DNA from: Octopus bimaculoides
Lineage: Eukaryota
Length of the DNA: 64,000 nt
Assembly: GCF_001194135.2 (NCBI RefSeq)
Contig: NC_068999.1
Location: 1,303,859-1,367,858, forward strand
Direction of reading: 5' to 3'
Under the pieces are notes generated by a model. That model made no database searches. It was given only the letters and a program-made list of their open reading frames with translations, and was not told the DNA's origin. Numbering within the stretch: position 1 is the stretch's first letter; each line of letters starts with the position of its first letter. The position numbers and the translations under genes were made by a program. Below are positions 1-12,245 of the stretch, piece by piece.

Positions 1-60
<60 letters not shown>

Positions 61-108
61 TACACATATATATATATACACAAATACACACGCATACATA
101 TGTATGTA

Positions 109-145
<37 letters not shown>

Positions 146-310
146 GTATATATGTACACACACGCAAGCACGCACACACATATGTATAATACAGAGTACT
201 ACGTTGTTTACCTCGAGAGGACTTCTCATATGGATTCGTGATGCATAAGGGCACCATTATTTATATCATCGTCAAACGAGGTTCGTCGGCTACAAACACA
301 GATGGATAGT

Positions 311-372
<62 letters not shown>

Positions 373-420
373 GAGGTAGAGAGAGAGAGAGAGGGAGAGA
401 GAAGATAGAGAGATAAACAG
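1..420. repeat. (TA)n/(CA)n tract, then (GATA)n and (GA)n microsatellites
   Basis: Read directly from the sequence. Confidence 0.95.
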
Positions 421-592
421 AAGATATATGTATATGTATATGTATATATACATATGTGTGTGCTTATATATATACACATATGGTGGTCACTGAAAAAGTG
501 ACGTGTTGCAAGATCTCATAACTCATTCGTTTTCAGTCTTTTTCCTTTTGTTATTTTCTTTGCATGCTATAGAGCATCCCGTGAAGATTAAA

Positions 593-952
593 ATGGCTAC
601 GTATGCTGTCCAGCGACGCGTAGAACTCATTGAGTTCTTCTATTCGAGTGAAATATCAATTATTCAAACTCAGAGAAAATACCGGCAACATTTTAGAGTC
701 AGAGTATCTCCTAGCAATTAGATTATTCGGAACCTAATCGCCCGGTGTGAAAGAACTGGATCGGTCGGCGATCTTCCTGGCAGAGGTCCTAAGCGTACGG
801 TGCGCACTGACGCAGCAGTGTAAGTTGCACGGCAGAGTGTGCTTGAGGATCCATCAGCCTCTACCTGTCGTTGCTCTGCTCAACTAGACATCGTCAGAAC
901 GTCTCTTTAGAAGATTATGCAGCGGAATTTTAAAATATTTCCATCCAAATAA
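593..952 (+). pseudogene. Decayed Tc1/mariner-superfamily transposase, N-terminal HTH DNA-binding region (DUF4817-like); catalytic DDE/D domain absent
   Basis: One frame reads MATYAVQRRVELIEFFYSSEISIIQTQRKYRQHFRVRVSPSN*IIRNLIARCERTGSVGDLPGRGPKRTVRTDAAV*VARQSVLEDPSASTCRCSAQLDIVRTSL*KIMQRNFKIFPSK*. It has 3 internal stops and no frameshift. The 'TGSV.D..GR.RTVRT...V..SV.EDP..S.R' pattern is typical of this transposase N-terminus. A possible degenerate TIR (tggtggtcactgaaaaagtg) lies at about 481-500. Confidence 0.85.
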
Positions 953-1027
953 AACAAAAAATAAAACACGTATGTGTAAATGTTATTTTTGTTTTATAAC
1001 ATTCCGTCCTTCAGTCGCCATTCTACT

Positions 1028-1065
<38 letters not shown>

Positions 1066-1518
1066 TATACACAATAGTATGTTGTATGTGTATGTGTGAG
1101 AGTTTGTGTGTATGTGTGTCTAACTGTTTTTATACATGTATATGTGTGAATATATTGTTATGTATATTATATATTAATAAAAAAGATCATTACATTATAT
1201 TATGTTCATTTACATTGGCCTTTGATGTGCAGAAAAGTCACGTCGGTTAATCTAAACCTAAAACAAGAACTAATTGCAAAGGATTACGTAAACAGATAAT
1301 AACAACATTGGAAAAGGAAACAGCAAATACCACAGTAAGTTTTCTTACATAGGAGATGAATGACGATCGAATGAATGATTTTTACAACACAATGCTAAAA
1401 TATATACACAGCTAATATACTCTAATGAGGAGCAATATAAAGTAATCATTGGATGTTATTGTGCACACTTAAGCAAACATTTTCAATTTCCTGTCTTAAT
1501 ATGAGTAAAAGCTGCTGT

Positions 1519-1710
1519 CTGTGTTAAGCAGTTTGTTTTCCAACGACATGGTTCCGAGTTCAGTCCGACTACTTAAACGAGCGTCGTCTACTATAGCCTC
1601 AGGCCGGCTAAATCCTTTTCAGTAAGTTTTGGTAGACGGTAACTGAAAGTCCAGTCATTCGATTTAAAGCTGTTCAAAATGGTGCCCCAGAGTGGCCACA
1701 GTGTAATAAT
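1519..1710 (+). mobile_element. Degenerate SINE family A copy (tRNA head and body joined to a piece of the 3' tail)
   Basis: gtgttaagcagtttgttttccaacgacatggttccgagttcagtcc...ctactatagcctcaggccg...ggtagacggtaactgaaag, then ggtgccccagagtggccacag. Similar to the better copies at 22779, 34493 and 52081. Confidence 0.7.
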
Positions 1711-2809
1711 AAATCTTTTATAGAGCCTGTAGTCAGTCTCACACTCTGCGTTCCTTCAATTTCCTAATAACTGTCGCAGATGTTTGCAACTAAAATTTCA
1801 CCTCAAGATATGGAGATATCATTAGAGCGAAGTTGGAGAACGATACTTTTACAATATCCATCTTCTAAACTCACGTCGGTGCCACGTAGCCGAATAATCA
1901 AAAGAGACAACAAAATAAGACAACACTTCCAAAGAAAACATTTCGCATGCTTTCATATCGGTTCCGTGACATGCATGTTTTCTCAAAAGATTTAGATGTA
2001 ATCGACGTTGTAGAAGATATTGCGGACGGGCAATATGTTGGTAAATTGAACTTGAGGGCATGGTATTAATTTGAACTTCTTAATCAACCGGTGGTGCCTG
2101 TTCTGCCGTTGAATGAGATTAAAGATAATGATCTCTATACAAAGAGGCTTACATATCTGACAGAGATTAATTGTACACAAATGTGATAGAATTAATGCCA
2201 AACGTATATCTCTTAGATTTGACTAAGCTTATTAAAAACTTTCGAACTTTTGCATTAAAGCAACATTTGGTGTTACCATAAAACATTCTCACGTAACCAT
2301 GACACTAAACAGAGATATTAAGCATACAAGTTAGACATAATATTTCATTGTGAGATGAAATGATAGCCGAATACAGATAGATGTTCTTTGGGAGTTCAAT
2401 ATGGCTAACATTTAACATATTTTCGTATTACAATTTATATATGTATGCATNNNNNNNNNNNNNNNNNNNNNNNNNNNNNNNNNNNNNNNNNNNNNNNNNN
2501 NNNNNNNNNNNNNNNNNNNNNNNNNNNNNNNNNNNNNNNNNNNNNNNNNNNNNNNNNNNNNNNNNNNNNNNNNNNNNNNNNNNNNNNNNNNNNNNNNNNN
2601 NNNNNNNNNNNNNNNNNNNNNNNNNNNNNNNNNNNNNNNNNNNNNNNNNNNNNNNNNNNNNNNNNNNNNNNNNNNNNNNNNNNNNNNNNNNNNNNNNNNN
2701 NNNNNNNNNNNNNNNNNNNNNNNNNNNNNNNNNNNNNNNNNNNNNNNNNNNNNNNNNNNNNNNNNNNNNNNNNNNNNNNNNNNNNNNNNNNNNNNNNNNN
2801 NNNNNNNNN

Positions 2810-2898
<89 letters not shown>

Positions 2899-3544
2899 GA
2901 CAATATAAAAACGTGAAGCATCTTTTACAATAGGAAAAAGGACAGAAGCATAATCAAGCGGATGCTTACACTGAAGTTAAATGACTGGGCGACAGAAATT
3001 CCCTACCTACATATCAAACTCTACTTGTGCTATCAACGCCACTCGCCTGATGAAGTGCTGCTGCACTGCTGCTGTGGGATTATATTATTTATATCATTAT
3101 ATGTATAATATTTTATTGAATAGCATGATATGGAAAACTCAGCAAATAACAGGTGTTACTGTCGCTTAGAAACAATTGTTGTGATTGTGAATAAAGGCTT
3201 TTCATTCTATATTGTTTTAAAATATTTTAATGGAATATAAATTTTCCTTTTGCCGATTGTAAGTTGCTCCTTGCCTTCATATTTTGTTATGAAAATACTT
3301 GAAGCAATCTACCACAAATTATCTCTCTATCTATCGATTCGATCTATCTATCAATCTACATATCTATCTATTTATCTCTATTTATCTTTATCTAACTATC
3401 GAACGATCGATCGATCCATCTCTCTTTTCCTCTATTATTCATGTGTTTATCTATGAACCTATCTATCTGGTTGTCTCACTGCCTCTCTGACTAACTCTTT
3501 GTATGTCTCTACCTCAATGTATATCTAATGGGAAATGCTTTGAT

Positions 3545-3570
3545 GTTTCGAGCCTACGCTCTTACGCTCA
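3545..3570 (-). ncRNA. Second copy of the same hairpin-GAAAC motif (3' half of a hammerhead)
   Basis: The minus strand reads aa-GAGC-gtag-GCTC-GAAAC-atcaaag, similar to 11879-11904. The CUGANGA part is missing. Confidence 0.3.
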
Positions 3571-3666
3571 TGAAACCCATTTCTAACAAAACTTATATAG
3601 GAAATCCACTATATCTATTTAGCACTTTTCTCATTCGTCTCACATAAACCAAGATATGTATGCATG

Positions 3667-3750
<84 letters not shown>

Positions 3751-3801
3751 CAAATATATCCCCTGATGACAGAAGGCCGATATTTCGAAGTTACTGTCAA
3801 C

Positions 3802-3849
<48 letters not shown>

Positions 3850-4809
3850 GCGTGTGTGTATGTATGTATAAATATATCTACGTATGCATAAGCATATCTT
3901 AATATGGATAGCATATAAACACACATTTATACATATAATGTATAAAGTTCATACATATATTTATACATAATAACTTATTTCCCTGATTTTCAATCTCGAC
4001 TTCACTCTCTCCCTCTGTCTATCACTCCATCTCTCTCTCTCTCTTTCTCTCCCTCTCTCATTATGCTGATATGCACTGAAATGTTGAACGAACAGAAAGA
4101 AAAGTAATACAGTCACATGTAACCAAACAAATCGGAGACACGAAATGCATGACAAGACTGTGCCACGGTGTGTGTGTATGTGTGTGTTGTGTGTCTAAAT
4201 CACATTCACTGATGCCTATAACCTTTGTGTGTCTATATATGCCACCATATTGCATATTACAAAGATACTTCTTATTTTTCAAGCAAACCTTTTCAACATT
4301 TGGTGGCCTAAAAAAACTCTAATTGCAAGCGTATATAATAGAAACCAATATAGGACAGAGGAAATTTAATAAGTATTTTTTTCATTACAAAAATACAGAA
4401 AAAAAATGTAATAATCTTGTACACGTCATTACATTTGATTTTTCGATCAAAGTAGGATGATATATTATAAATAGAAGAAATCTTGATTAGATAAATACAT
4501 CGATATAAGTATTGGCTTCCTATGTGATATGTGTATATAAGACGGCGGGCCAGCGCCAGGGCGTGCGCGCGTTTGTGTCTGTGTGTCTCTCGATCAGTGC
4601 GTATATTTGTGTGTGTATTTATTGGTTATTTTTTCTATCTACATTTGTTGACAGATATACAGATCGACACAAACACACGGATGTCTATACCTACTTCTAA
4701 GAATATAGATACATGCATCTACATATTTGTATGTTCCTCTGTGTGTGTGTATATATATACGTTCGTCCAAATTCAAACACCAAAACATCTGACATTTTAT
4801 TTATATTAC

Positions 4810-4883
<74 letters not shown>

Positions 4884-4921
4884 CATCATTATTATTATTA
4901 TCATCATCATTATTATTACTA

Positions 4922-5006
<85 letters not shown>

Positions 5007-5010
5007 CATT

Positions 5011-5042
<32 letters not shown>

Positions 5043-5070
5043 AGATGTTGCTATTAATATTAATAATAAT
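4810..5070. repeat. Compound (TTA)n/(TCA)n/(TTG)n microsatellite
   Basis: Read directly from the sequence; source of the poly-I/Y/N ORFs. Confidence 0.97.
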
Positions 5071-5220
5071 TTTGTTCATCATGTAGAAGTACGTGTGGAT
5101 TCATCATTATTTTATTTGTTTTATTCAATTTTACAAAAAACTGAGGCATGTCTTTGACAATCTCGGAGCCTATTGAATTATTCTGCGCACGACTTTTCAC
5201 CCACCCACAATATATGTATA

Positions 5221-5277
<57 letters not shown>

Positions 5278-5879
5278 ATATTATATTATACTATATATTA
5301 TATTATATTATATTACATTACATTATTTTATATAATATCATATAATAGTATATATATTATATTAGAGGAAAAATCAAAACTATGGGAGGACGAGTATCTC
5401 AAATCATTTGAAATAATTTAATTGGGGTAAGGTGAATTTGAAGCCACGCAGCCGTTTCTGGAATAATCCAAGTGGTAGGTTAGCATGTCCGTGCACTGGG
5501 TATTGCGGCATCAGAGCCAAGGTATGAATATTTTAGACGGAGAAAAATTTACAGTTTACAAGGAATAAAATTCACACTTTATAAGGAATAAAATAGAAGA
5601 ATAAAGAGTAAAAGTAGTTAGAAGAATAAGGGCAGGAGAATAATCTTCACAGCTCATCTTTTTCCACTGGATATGGATGTTGGTCGGTACTTCTATGAAG
5701 ATACGGTTTTTTTTATATAAAAAGTAACAATAGAGGAAGTTGAGTAAAATCGGGGAACTTGTAACATTTGTTGCAATACTTGAGGTTCAGATTTCAAATC
5801 TCACATTGGCCTACTAGAGTGACTGTTTTAACAGATCACCCTGTTTCCACCCATCAACTGGCAAATTGAGGAACTTGAA

Positions 5880-6060
5880 ATGAACACCGTTTCTTTGAAA
5901 GGACCAATTGAGGCATTCGGTTTGGGAATAGCTGGCTTTATGATTTGCAACAGTTTTGGAGGCTTATTAAACTATTTTGGCGCGGTGCCATACTTCCAGA
6001 TTAAGAGAAAGAATAAGCAAGTACTTAGTGCCAATGAGAAAGCCGAAGTATCGGTCAGTG
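5880..6060 (+). mobile_element. Possible decayed GIY-YIG endonuclease of a Penelope-like element
   Basis: Frame 1 KGPIEAFGLGIAGFMICNSFGGLLNYFGA joined by a frameshift to TSRLRERISKYL approximates the PLE pattern K..I......Y.I.C..C...YIG.T.R.L..RI.EH. Several core residues differ. Confidence 0.3.
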
Positions 6061-6491
6061 GATCGACAGCAGAATGATATTAATAACGGCGTCTAATAAG
6101 TGTTTAATTAATGTGTCGTATAGTCTGTTCTATTATTCTTCAGTCTGCGCCCTTGCTGGAGCACCAAATTGCAGTATATTAATTGCTCATTTTAACACAA
6201 GTACATATTTATTTTTCGCACTTATTTTATGGCACTTGTGTTTGCCAAATTGCTAAGTGAAGCGTTTTTGATATAACAATGTTTTGTACAGAAAGAGAGG
6301 CATTATATGAACAATAATAGTAAAGACAACGAGAAATAATTGCATTGATAGTCACAATTAATAGGTTAGCAAAAATACAGCATTAAATGGACGTATAAAT
6401 GTTTTCATATGAGAAAAAAGAAGACTATAAAATCACGAAGGAAAAACAATTACAGACGCCATTTTGAATCGGCACTCTATGATGATGACGT

Positions 6492-6524
<33 letters not shown>

Positions 6525-6827
6525 CGATGATGATGTTAAGTTGAAAGGCGAAGAAGAGGATGGTGGTGGTAGTAATGACGGTGATGGTTATGATGATGAG
6601 GCATCGAGCGTTTCATTTCCGCAATGGGAATTATTAAAAAGATACNNNNNNNNNNNNNNNNNNNNNNNNNNNNNNNNNNNNNNNNNNNNNNNNNNNNNNN
6701 NNNNNNNNNNNNNNNNNNNNNNNNNNNNNNNNNNNNNNNNNNNNNNNNNNNNNNNNNNNNNNNNNNNNNNNNNNNNNNNNNNNNNNNNNNNNNNNNNTAT
6801 ATATATATATATATATGTATATTATTG

Positions 6828-6886
<59 letters not shown>

Positions 6887-7368
6887 CATATATATATATA
6901 TATCAGTGCATATAAATATATGTAAATCTACTTCTACATGTATACGTAATGGGCCCAGAATTAAATACACACTTACATACACGGAAACACATATACACGC
7001 ATTCATACAGCAAAAATATACATACATACATACGTAACTAAGTCAACCTAGAATTACAAATTTCAAGTAGAGAAATCCATTAAAAAAACTCCGACCAAAT
7101 AGACACTATGTTATCTCTTCTTTCAATCATTTTCTTTTGTCACTCGTTATCGCCGCCATTTTACTGACTTTCTTCCCTTTGCTGACAACGTTTGTGTTTT
7201 TCTCCTTTGCTTTTCATTCATTTTCGTCTTTTTTCTGTTCTCTAATTTCTAACTTATCTCCAATCATCTCTATCGTCATCATCTGCTCCACCACCATCTT
7301 AAACATCGTCCCCTTCGATGTTCTCGTCGTCAACTTCATCGTCATCATCGTCGTCATCCTCCTCCACC

Positions 7369-7421
<53 letters not shown>

Positions 7422-7917
7422 GTTATTTCCAGCAGCAGCAATGAGCTTCTGCAATACTGTATACGTTACAATTATTCATTCTTTTTCATAGACGTCGTTT
7501 CTTTTATTTATTTTCCTTCATCTTCCCTCATGTTCATCCACCTCCATCATCTTCATCCCCTCCTCTTCCTCCATCTCCTCATTCTCCTCACCATGATCAC
7601 CTCCTTACTTCTTCCTTTTACCTCTTTTCTCTCCTCTCCCAAAGCTACATCTCCTACTTTCTTCATCAAATATGATTCTAATACGTCACCACCTCTCACA
7701 CTTTATCTATCTACCATTAGCACTTTCACTGTGTGTGTGTGTGTCTGTGTGCACTCACACCTATGTCCCTCTTTATCTATCTATCCTTATACAAACACAG
7801 TAACCACTCGCCATATCGCGGCTCACTTATCGCGCCCTCAGTACATCACGGATTTTTCTGGCCAATATATGTAAATTTGTATTGCGTGTTTCTGCGGGCC
7901 GATAGGTATTTATATTT

Positions 7918-8086
7918 CTCATACCAAGTCTTGCCTCTCTCCCCAGCCCCCATTTTCGCACAGTTTCCAATGTTGCACTTTCCCAACTTTGTCGTGTCGC
8001 CACAGCTTGTAGTGGTTTTGGGCAGGTTCAGTGCATTCGTTCCTGATATGGGCAATGGTTTCTTCCACTCTATTGCAGATGCGGCG
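7918..8086 (-). mobile_element. Fragment of an RLE-type non-LTR retrotransposon ORF (R4/Dong-like): CCHC zinc knuckle plus RHD motif
   Basis: The minus strand reads (C>R)RICNRVEETIAHIRNECTEPAQNHYKLWRHDKVGKVQHWKLCENGGWG, then frameshifts into ERGKTWYE. This matches the CX2CX8HX4C ... RHD ... HWKLC ... WYE pattern that precedes the restriction-like endonuclease. It is in a different frame from the ORF-track calls. Confidence 0.8.
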
Positions 8087-8329
8087 CAACCATGTGTGCG
8101 TGACATGGTGATTTTATATGAAGATAAACAGCGAAACAAAACTCGCAAGTGAGGCAAAATTAGAATTTTCTTCGGGTTAAGTAGCCCATCCCACTCAAAA
8201 GGCCCTTAAATAAGGTTTGGTTAAGGTTCGTCAACAAAACTCCCATGTTTTCAGAGGTGAATTATTCAAATGCTAAAGAATTCCTCTCAACACATAGCTC
8301 ATGGCTATGACGCTTCCTACTACTTCTGC

Positions 8330-8382
<53 letters not shown>

Positions 8383-8478
8383 GTTGTTGTTGTTGATATT
8401 GTTGTTGCCGTTGCTGTCATCACTAGCCATATCCTCATCATCAGTTTTATTATAAACAGCAGCAGTAGTAGTGGTAGC

Positions 8479-8534
<56 letters not shown>

Positions 8535-8535
8535 C
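8330..8535. repeat. Compound (TTA)n/(GTT)n/(GTA)n microsatellite
   Basis: Read directly from the sequence. Confidence 0.95.
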
Positions 8536-9194
8536 AATGATATGTCTATTTCCATCAATATATTCTCTTGTTAATATATATTTTCATTTACAAATTCAAT
8601 TTTCTGTTGAATGCCCTCCTTTATTAAATAATTCTCCCCACCCCACCCCACACCGACCGTTAAGTATTTCGTTAATGCCCCTTTCTCACTTGCTTTTATT
8701 TTCTTCTATTTCTGACAACCATTTGTCCAAACCATTTCTCTTTAAGTCATTTGCATATCGTAACATTTAGAATGTATAGAGACAATATTTTCTTTTAATT
8801 GTCTAAACAACATTGAAATGATTCCATCGTTTCAAAGGAAATTAGTTTTTCTTATTGCCACACAATTATCATATTAAACTTGTAGAGATGAATGCCATAC
8901 AGTATTTATATTTCCCTATCCTAATCATCTCTCCGGTCTGTCTACAGCACACTTTTCCCGAATTCCTTCTCTATTCACGTCAATCTATTTATCTACATCT
9001 AAACTTCTTTCTTTCTTTTTTTTAGTTCATATATACTCACACCTATTGATACGCACATGCAGTATTTATGTTTCTGTTTATGCCTGAAAATATATATATA
9101 TAAATATCAGTGTGTGGTTGTGTTTTGTGTGTGTTGTGTGTGTTTTGTGACTTCTTCGTAACTACGCTACTCGGAACTGGGAAGGAAATATATA

Positions 9195-9350
9195 ATAAAT
9201 GTTTCGAGATTCCTAGGCCATGCTTTCTCTCCTTGTGCAAAGCATCTCCTTTTACATTACTCCATTCCACTCAGCTGGCAAACATGAATGATCCTGCGAT
9301 GGGTTAGTATCCTATCCCGGTGAAATGTATACACCACAGAATCTGGGGAA
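9195..9350 (+). mobile_element. Degenerate SINE body with a V-domain-like core
   Basis: B-box-like gtttcgagattcc, then ccactcagctggcaaacatgaatg, then cctgcgatgggttagtatcctatcccggtg (9293-9322). Confidence 0.45.
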
Positions 9351-9757
9351 ACCCTCCTTATCAGTGATTCTCTCCCCTTGAGGGAAGTTTCTCTCCATCA
9401 TGATTTTTTTTTTTTACCAAACCCTACTTATCTCTGGCTCTGAAACTGAAAACAGACACAGGTGGCGATACCAGCAACAACGGCGGTTACCGGTCAACTT
9501 TCACACATATACGTTACGTTAAGCAAAAATACCTTTTGGTTATATATTTTTCTGACATATGATGACACAGATGTTCTCCGCCGGACTGTTCATTCCTTCT
9601 TCTTTTCCTTCTGTATCCGATTAAGTGCTTTGCTCGAAACATATTTTTATTCCTATTTTACACTCAAAATATTTCATCGAGCAGCAAAATAATATATTTA
9701 CTGTGTACCTACAATTGACTTTTGTTCTCCTGTTTTTATCTTATTGTTCTTGAAATT

Positions 9758-9841
<84 letters not shown>

Positions 9842-9864
9842 CTGTCTGTATGTATGTGTGTATG

Positions 9865-9916
<52 letters not shown>

Positions 9917-10814
9917 TGTATGTGTGATTGTGTGTGTGTGTGTGGATGCCTGTTGATCGATCATGTCTGGGTGATATTTGAAATAGAACATATTGATTTC
10001 TAACGTAGTTCGAGGCGGTATTTTTAATAAAGATATAATCGATAAGACTGAATACACCCACCTACCCCCACTCTGTGATGGGTCCGTCGGTTCAATGCCC
10101 TCCACCTCGGAAATGAGTGGGACCATGCTAACCCATGACGGGATTGCAAATTAGAAAAGAAACAAGGTAAATTATATTAAGGTATAGTGAGCGATACTCT
10201 ACCGACTTTCATACCAATATTTTGTTGATGCCAATGAAAATTATTACAAGACATTTCAGTTAAGTCGACACCCACTTGCACCGGCGCCATCCCAGCCTGA
10301 AACTATCGTGATTGTTGGACGCTGGTTTTATTCTGAACCAAAATGTCAAAGTCAATTATGTTTTATGATTTCGTGGTAAAGCAGAAAAGTAATACACTTT
10401 GAAAACGTCGGATTGTCGTCGGCCTTTCCTTTCTTTTTTTCTTCCTGACACTTTTATATATTCCTTCTCATGTTGTTATTGTTGCTGTTGTTGTTGTATG
10501 AGAAAATACTAAAATAGAGAGTAATAAAAATGTGTTGTTTATTGTATCGAAACGTAGCTATTTTTCTAGTATTTCACTCCAAAATTAAATAACTCTTATA
10601 TTTATGTCTTAACAGGAAATGGACTTTTTAATTTTGTTCATTTATTTGTTATAATTTGTTTATTAGTTATATATATGTGTGTGTATGTGTGTATTGTGTA
10701 TATTTCTTTATATGAATATGTACGTCAGTGTACATAAGCATATTAGGTATATACGTATATCAATTTATCTATGTGTCAGACTTTATCTCTCCATATATAT
10801 ACATATAGATAGAT

Positions 10815-10864
<50 letters not shown>

Positions 10865-10982
10865 ACATACACACTCACACACAAAACACAGACACTCACA
10901 CGCGGACACACAGACATACACATATTTATAATAGTTGTAATTCCTCGCTGAATAGCTTGCTTTCTTTGTTCAGATTTTCTTC

Positions 10983-11270
10983 TAACTGAATTGTTTTCAC
11001 TTCGACTGTTGAGTGCCATCTTACATTGAATACATTTGATGGTCGGTGACCCTCCTTAGTTCCTGCGTCCCATTAGGTGCCTTGTTTTTTCCATCTATCA
11101 GAGATGTTCAAAAGCTATCCTTATCACCAAGCGCATTATTCTGTACTTCAACAACATCGACAAGCACCCTTATACTATGGTGCCTGCTTCCTGTGAAATT
11201 GTTGCTATTGATATTGCAGTCGTCTGAAGCTTTGCTAATCCCATTTCGTTGTAATCTATATTCGAAACTG
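10983..11270 (+). mobile_element. Possible decayed AP-endonuclease remnant of a LINE
   Basis: LTELFSL...MVGDPP*FLRPIRC...KAILITK...CEIVAIDIAVV, with stops, loosely follows the APE order ITETW...FRCDR...GGV.ILI...E.V.IDI. Weak match. Confidence 0.22.
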
Positions 11271-11617
11271 CTCCTGCAATAACCGTCCATTTTATATCGA
11301 AATATTATGCATCTAATACTCTTTCAACTCCTTTCACTTTTATGAAAAGGTTAACAATACATAGAGGACCCTACAGATTATAAAACAGCTGATTAATGCA
11401 AATCTATTGTTGGTATCCCATTGTTCTAGAGGCCAGGATATGGTTTTTTAAAATCTGAGCAGCCTGTGTTCAGGTCTGGGATATGAAGCAGATGTGTATA
11501 AAATTTTAAAGAAATCGGATGAAAGATATAGAAGTTATTGAGGTACATAAAATGTGTGTACACACAAACACACACACACAGAGAAAACATTAATTTTATA
11601 GATATTATATATACATT

Positions 11618-11664
<47 letters not shown>

Positions 11665-11872
11665 NNNNNNNNNNNNNNNNNNNNNNNNNNNNNNNNNNNN
11701 NNNNNNNNNNNNNNNNNNNNNNNNNNNNNNCCTCTCGCTCTCTCTCTCTCTCTCTCTCGCTCTCGCTCTCTCTCTCTCTCTCCCTCTCTCTCCCTCTCTC
11801 TCGCTCTCTCATTATTGACCGCTAGCTCCAAAACCTTTTTATTATTTTCACTCAATTTCCACGTGTTCCTTT

Positions 11873-11897
11873 CTGTTGAAGAGCCTAGGCTCGAAGC
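11873..11897 (+). ncRNA. Degenerate Penelope-type minimal hammerhead motif within a short repeat
   Basis: CTGTTGA-A-GAGC-ctag-GCTC-GAAGC, compared with the canonical CUGANGA-(A)-stem II-GAAAC. Two core substitutions. Confidence 0.35.
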
Positions 11898-12090
11898 AGA
11901 AAGGACTCTCTCACCTTCCCGAGCAGTAAACTAATTCACCTGTCTGTTGTTTATACACCTATCTTCGTCTTTTGTTTTTTCTGTAAATTTCAACTATATA
12001 TGTATGTGTGTGTGTATATGTATGTGTGTGTGTGTTTGTCAGTGTATTTGTGAGTGTGTGTGTGTGTATGTGTATGCATATGTGGACACA

Positions 12091-12245
12091 CACGACTGGC
12101 TTTTTTCAGATTCCCTCTAACAAATCCACTCACAAGGCTTTGGTCAGCCGAAGGCTATAGTAGAAAACGCCTGTTCAACGTGCCACGCAGTGGGACTGAG
12201 CCCCAAACCATGTGATACTGAAGCTAACTTCTTACCACGCAGTTA
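12091..12245 (-). mobile_element. SINE family A, 5' module (tRNA head and body)
   Basis: Reverse complement of the family A head and body (ttcagattccctctaacaaatccactcacaaggctttggtcagccgaaggctatagtagaa...gtgggactgagcc...cttaccacgcag). It abuts a (TG)n tract. Confidence 0.85.

Noticed and set aside
7733-8157. ORF-track proteins of 139 aa (+, with a GPCR-like 'ADRY') and 103 aa (-)
   Set aside because: A third frame gives a clear retrotransposon zinc knuckle, so these ORFs are shadows of it.
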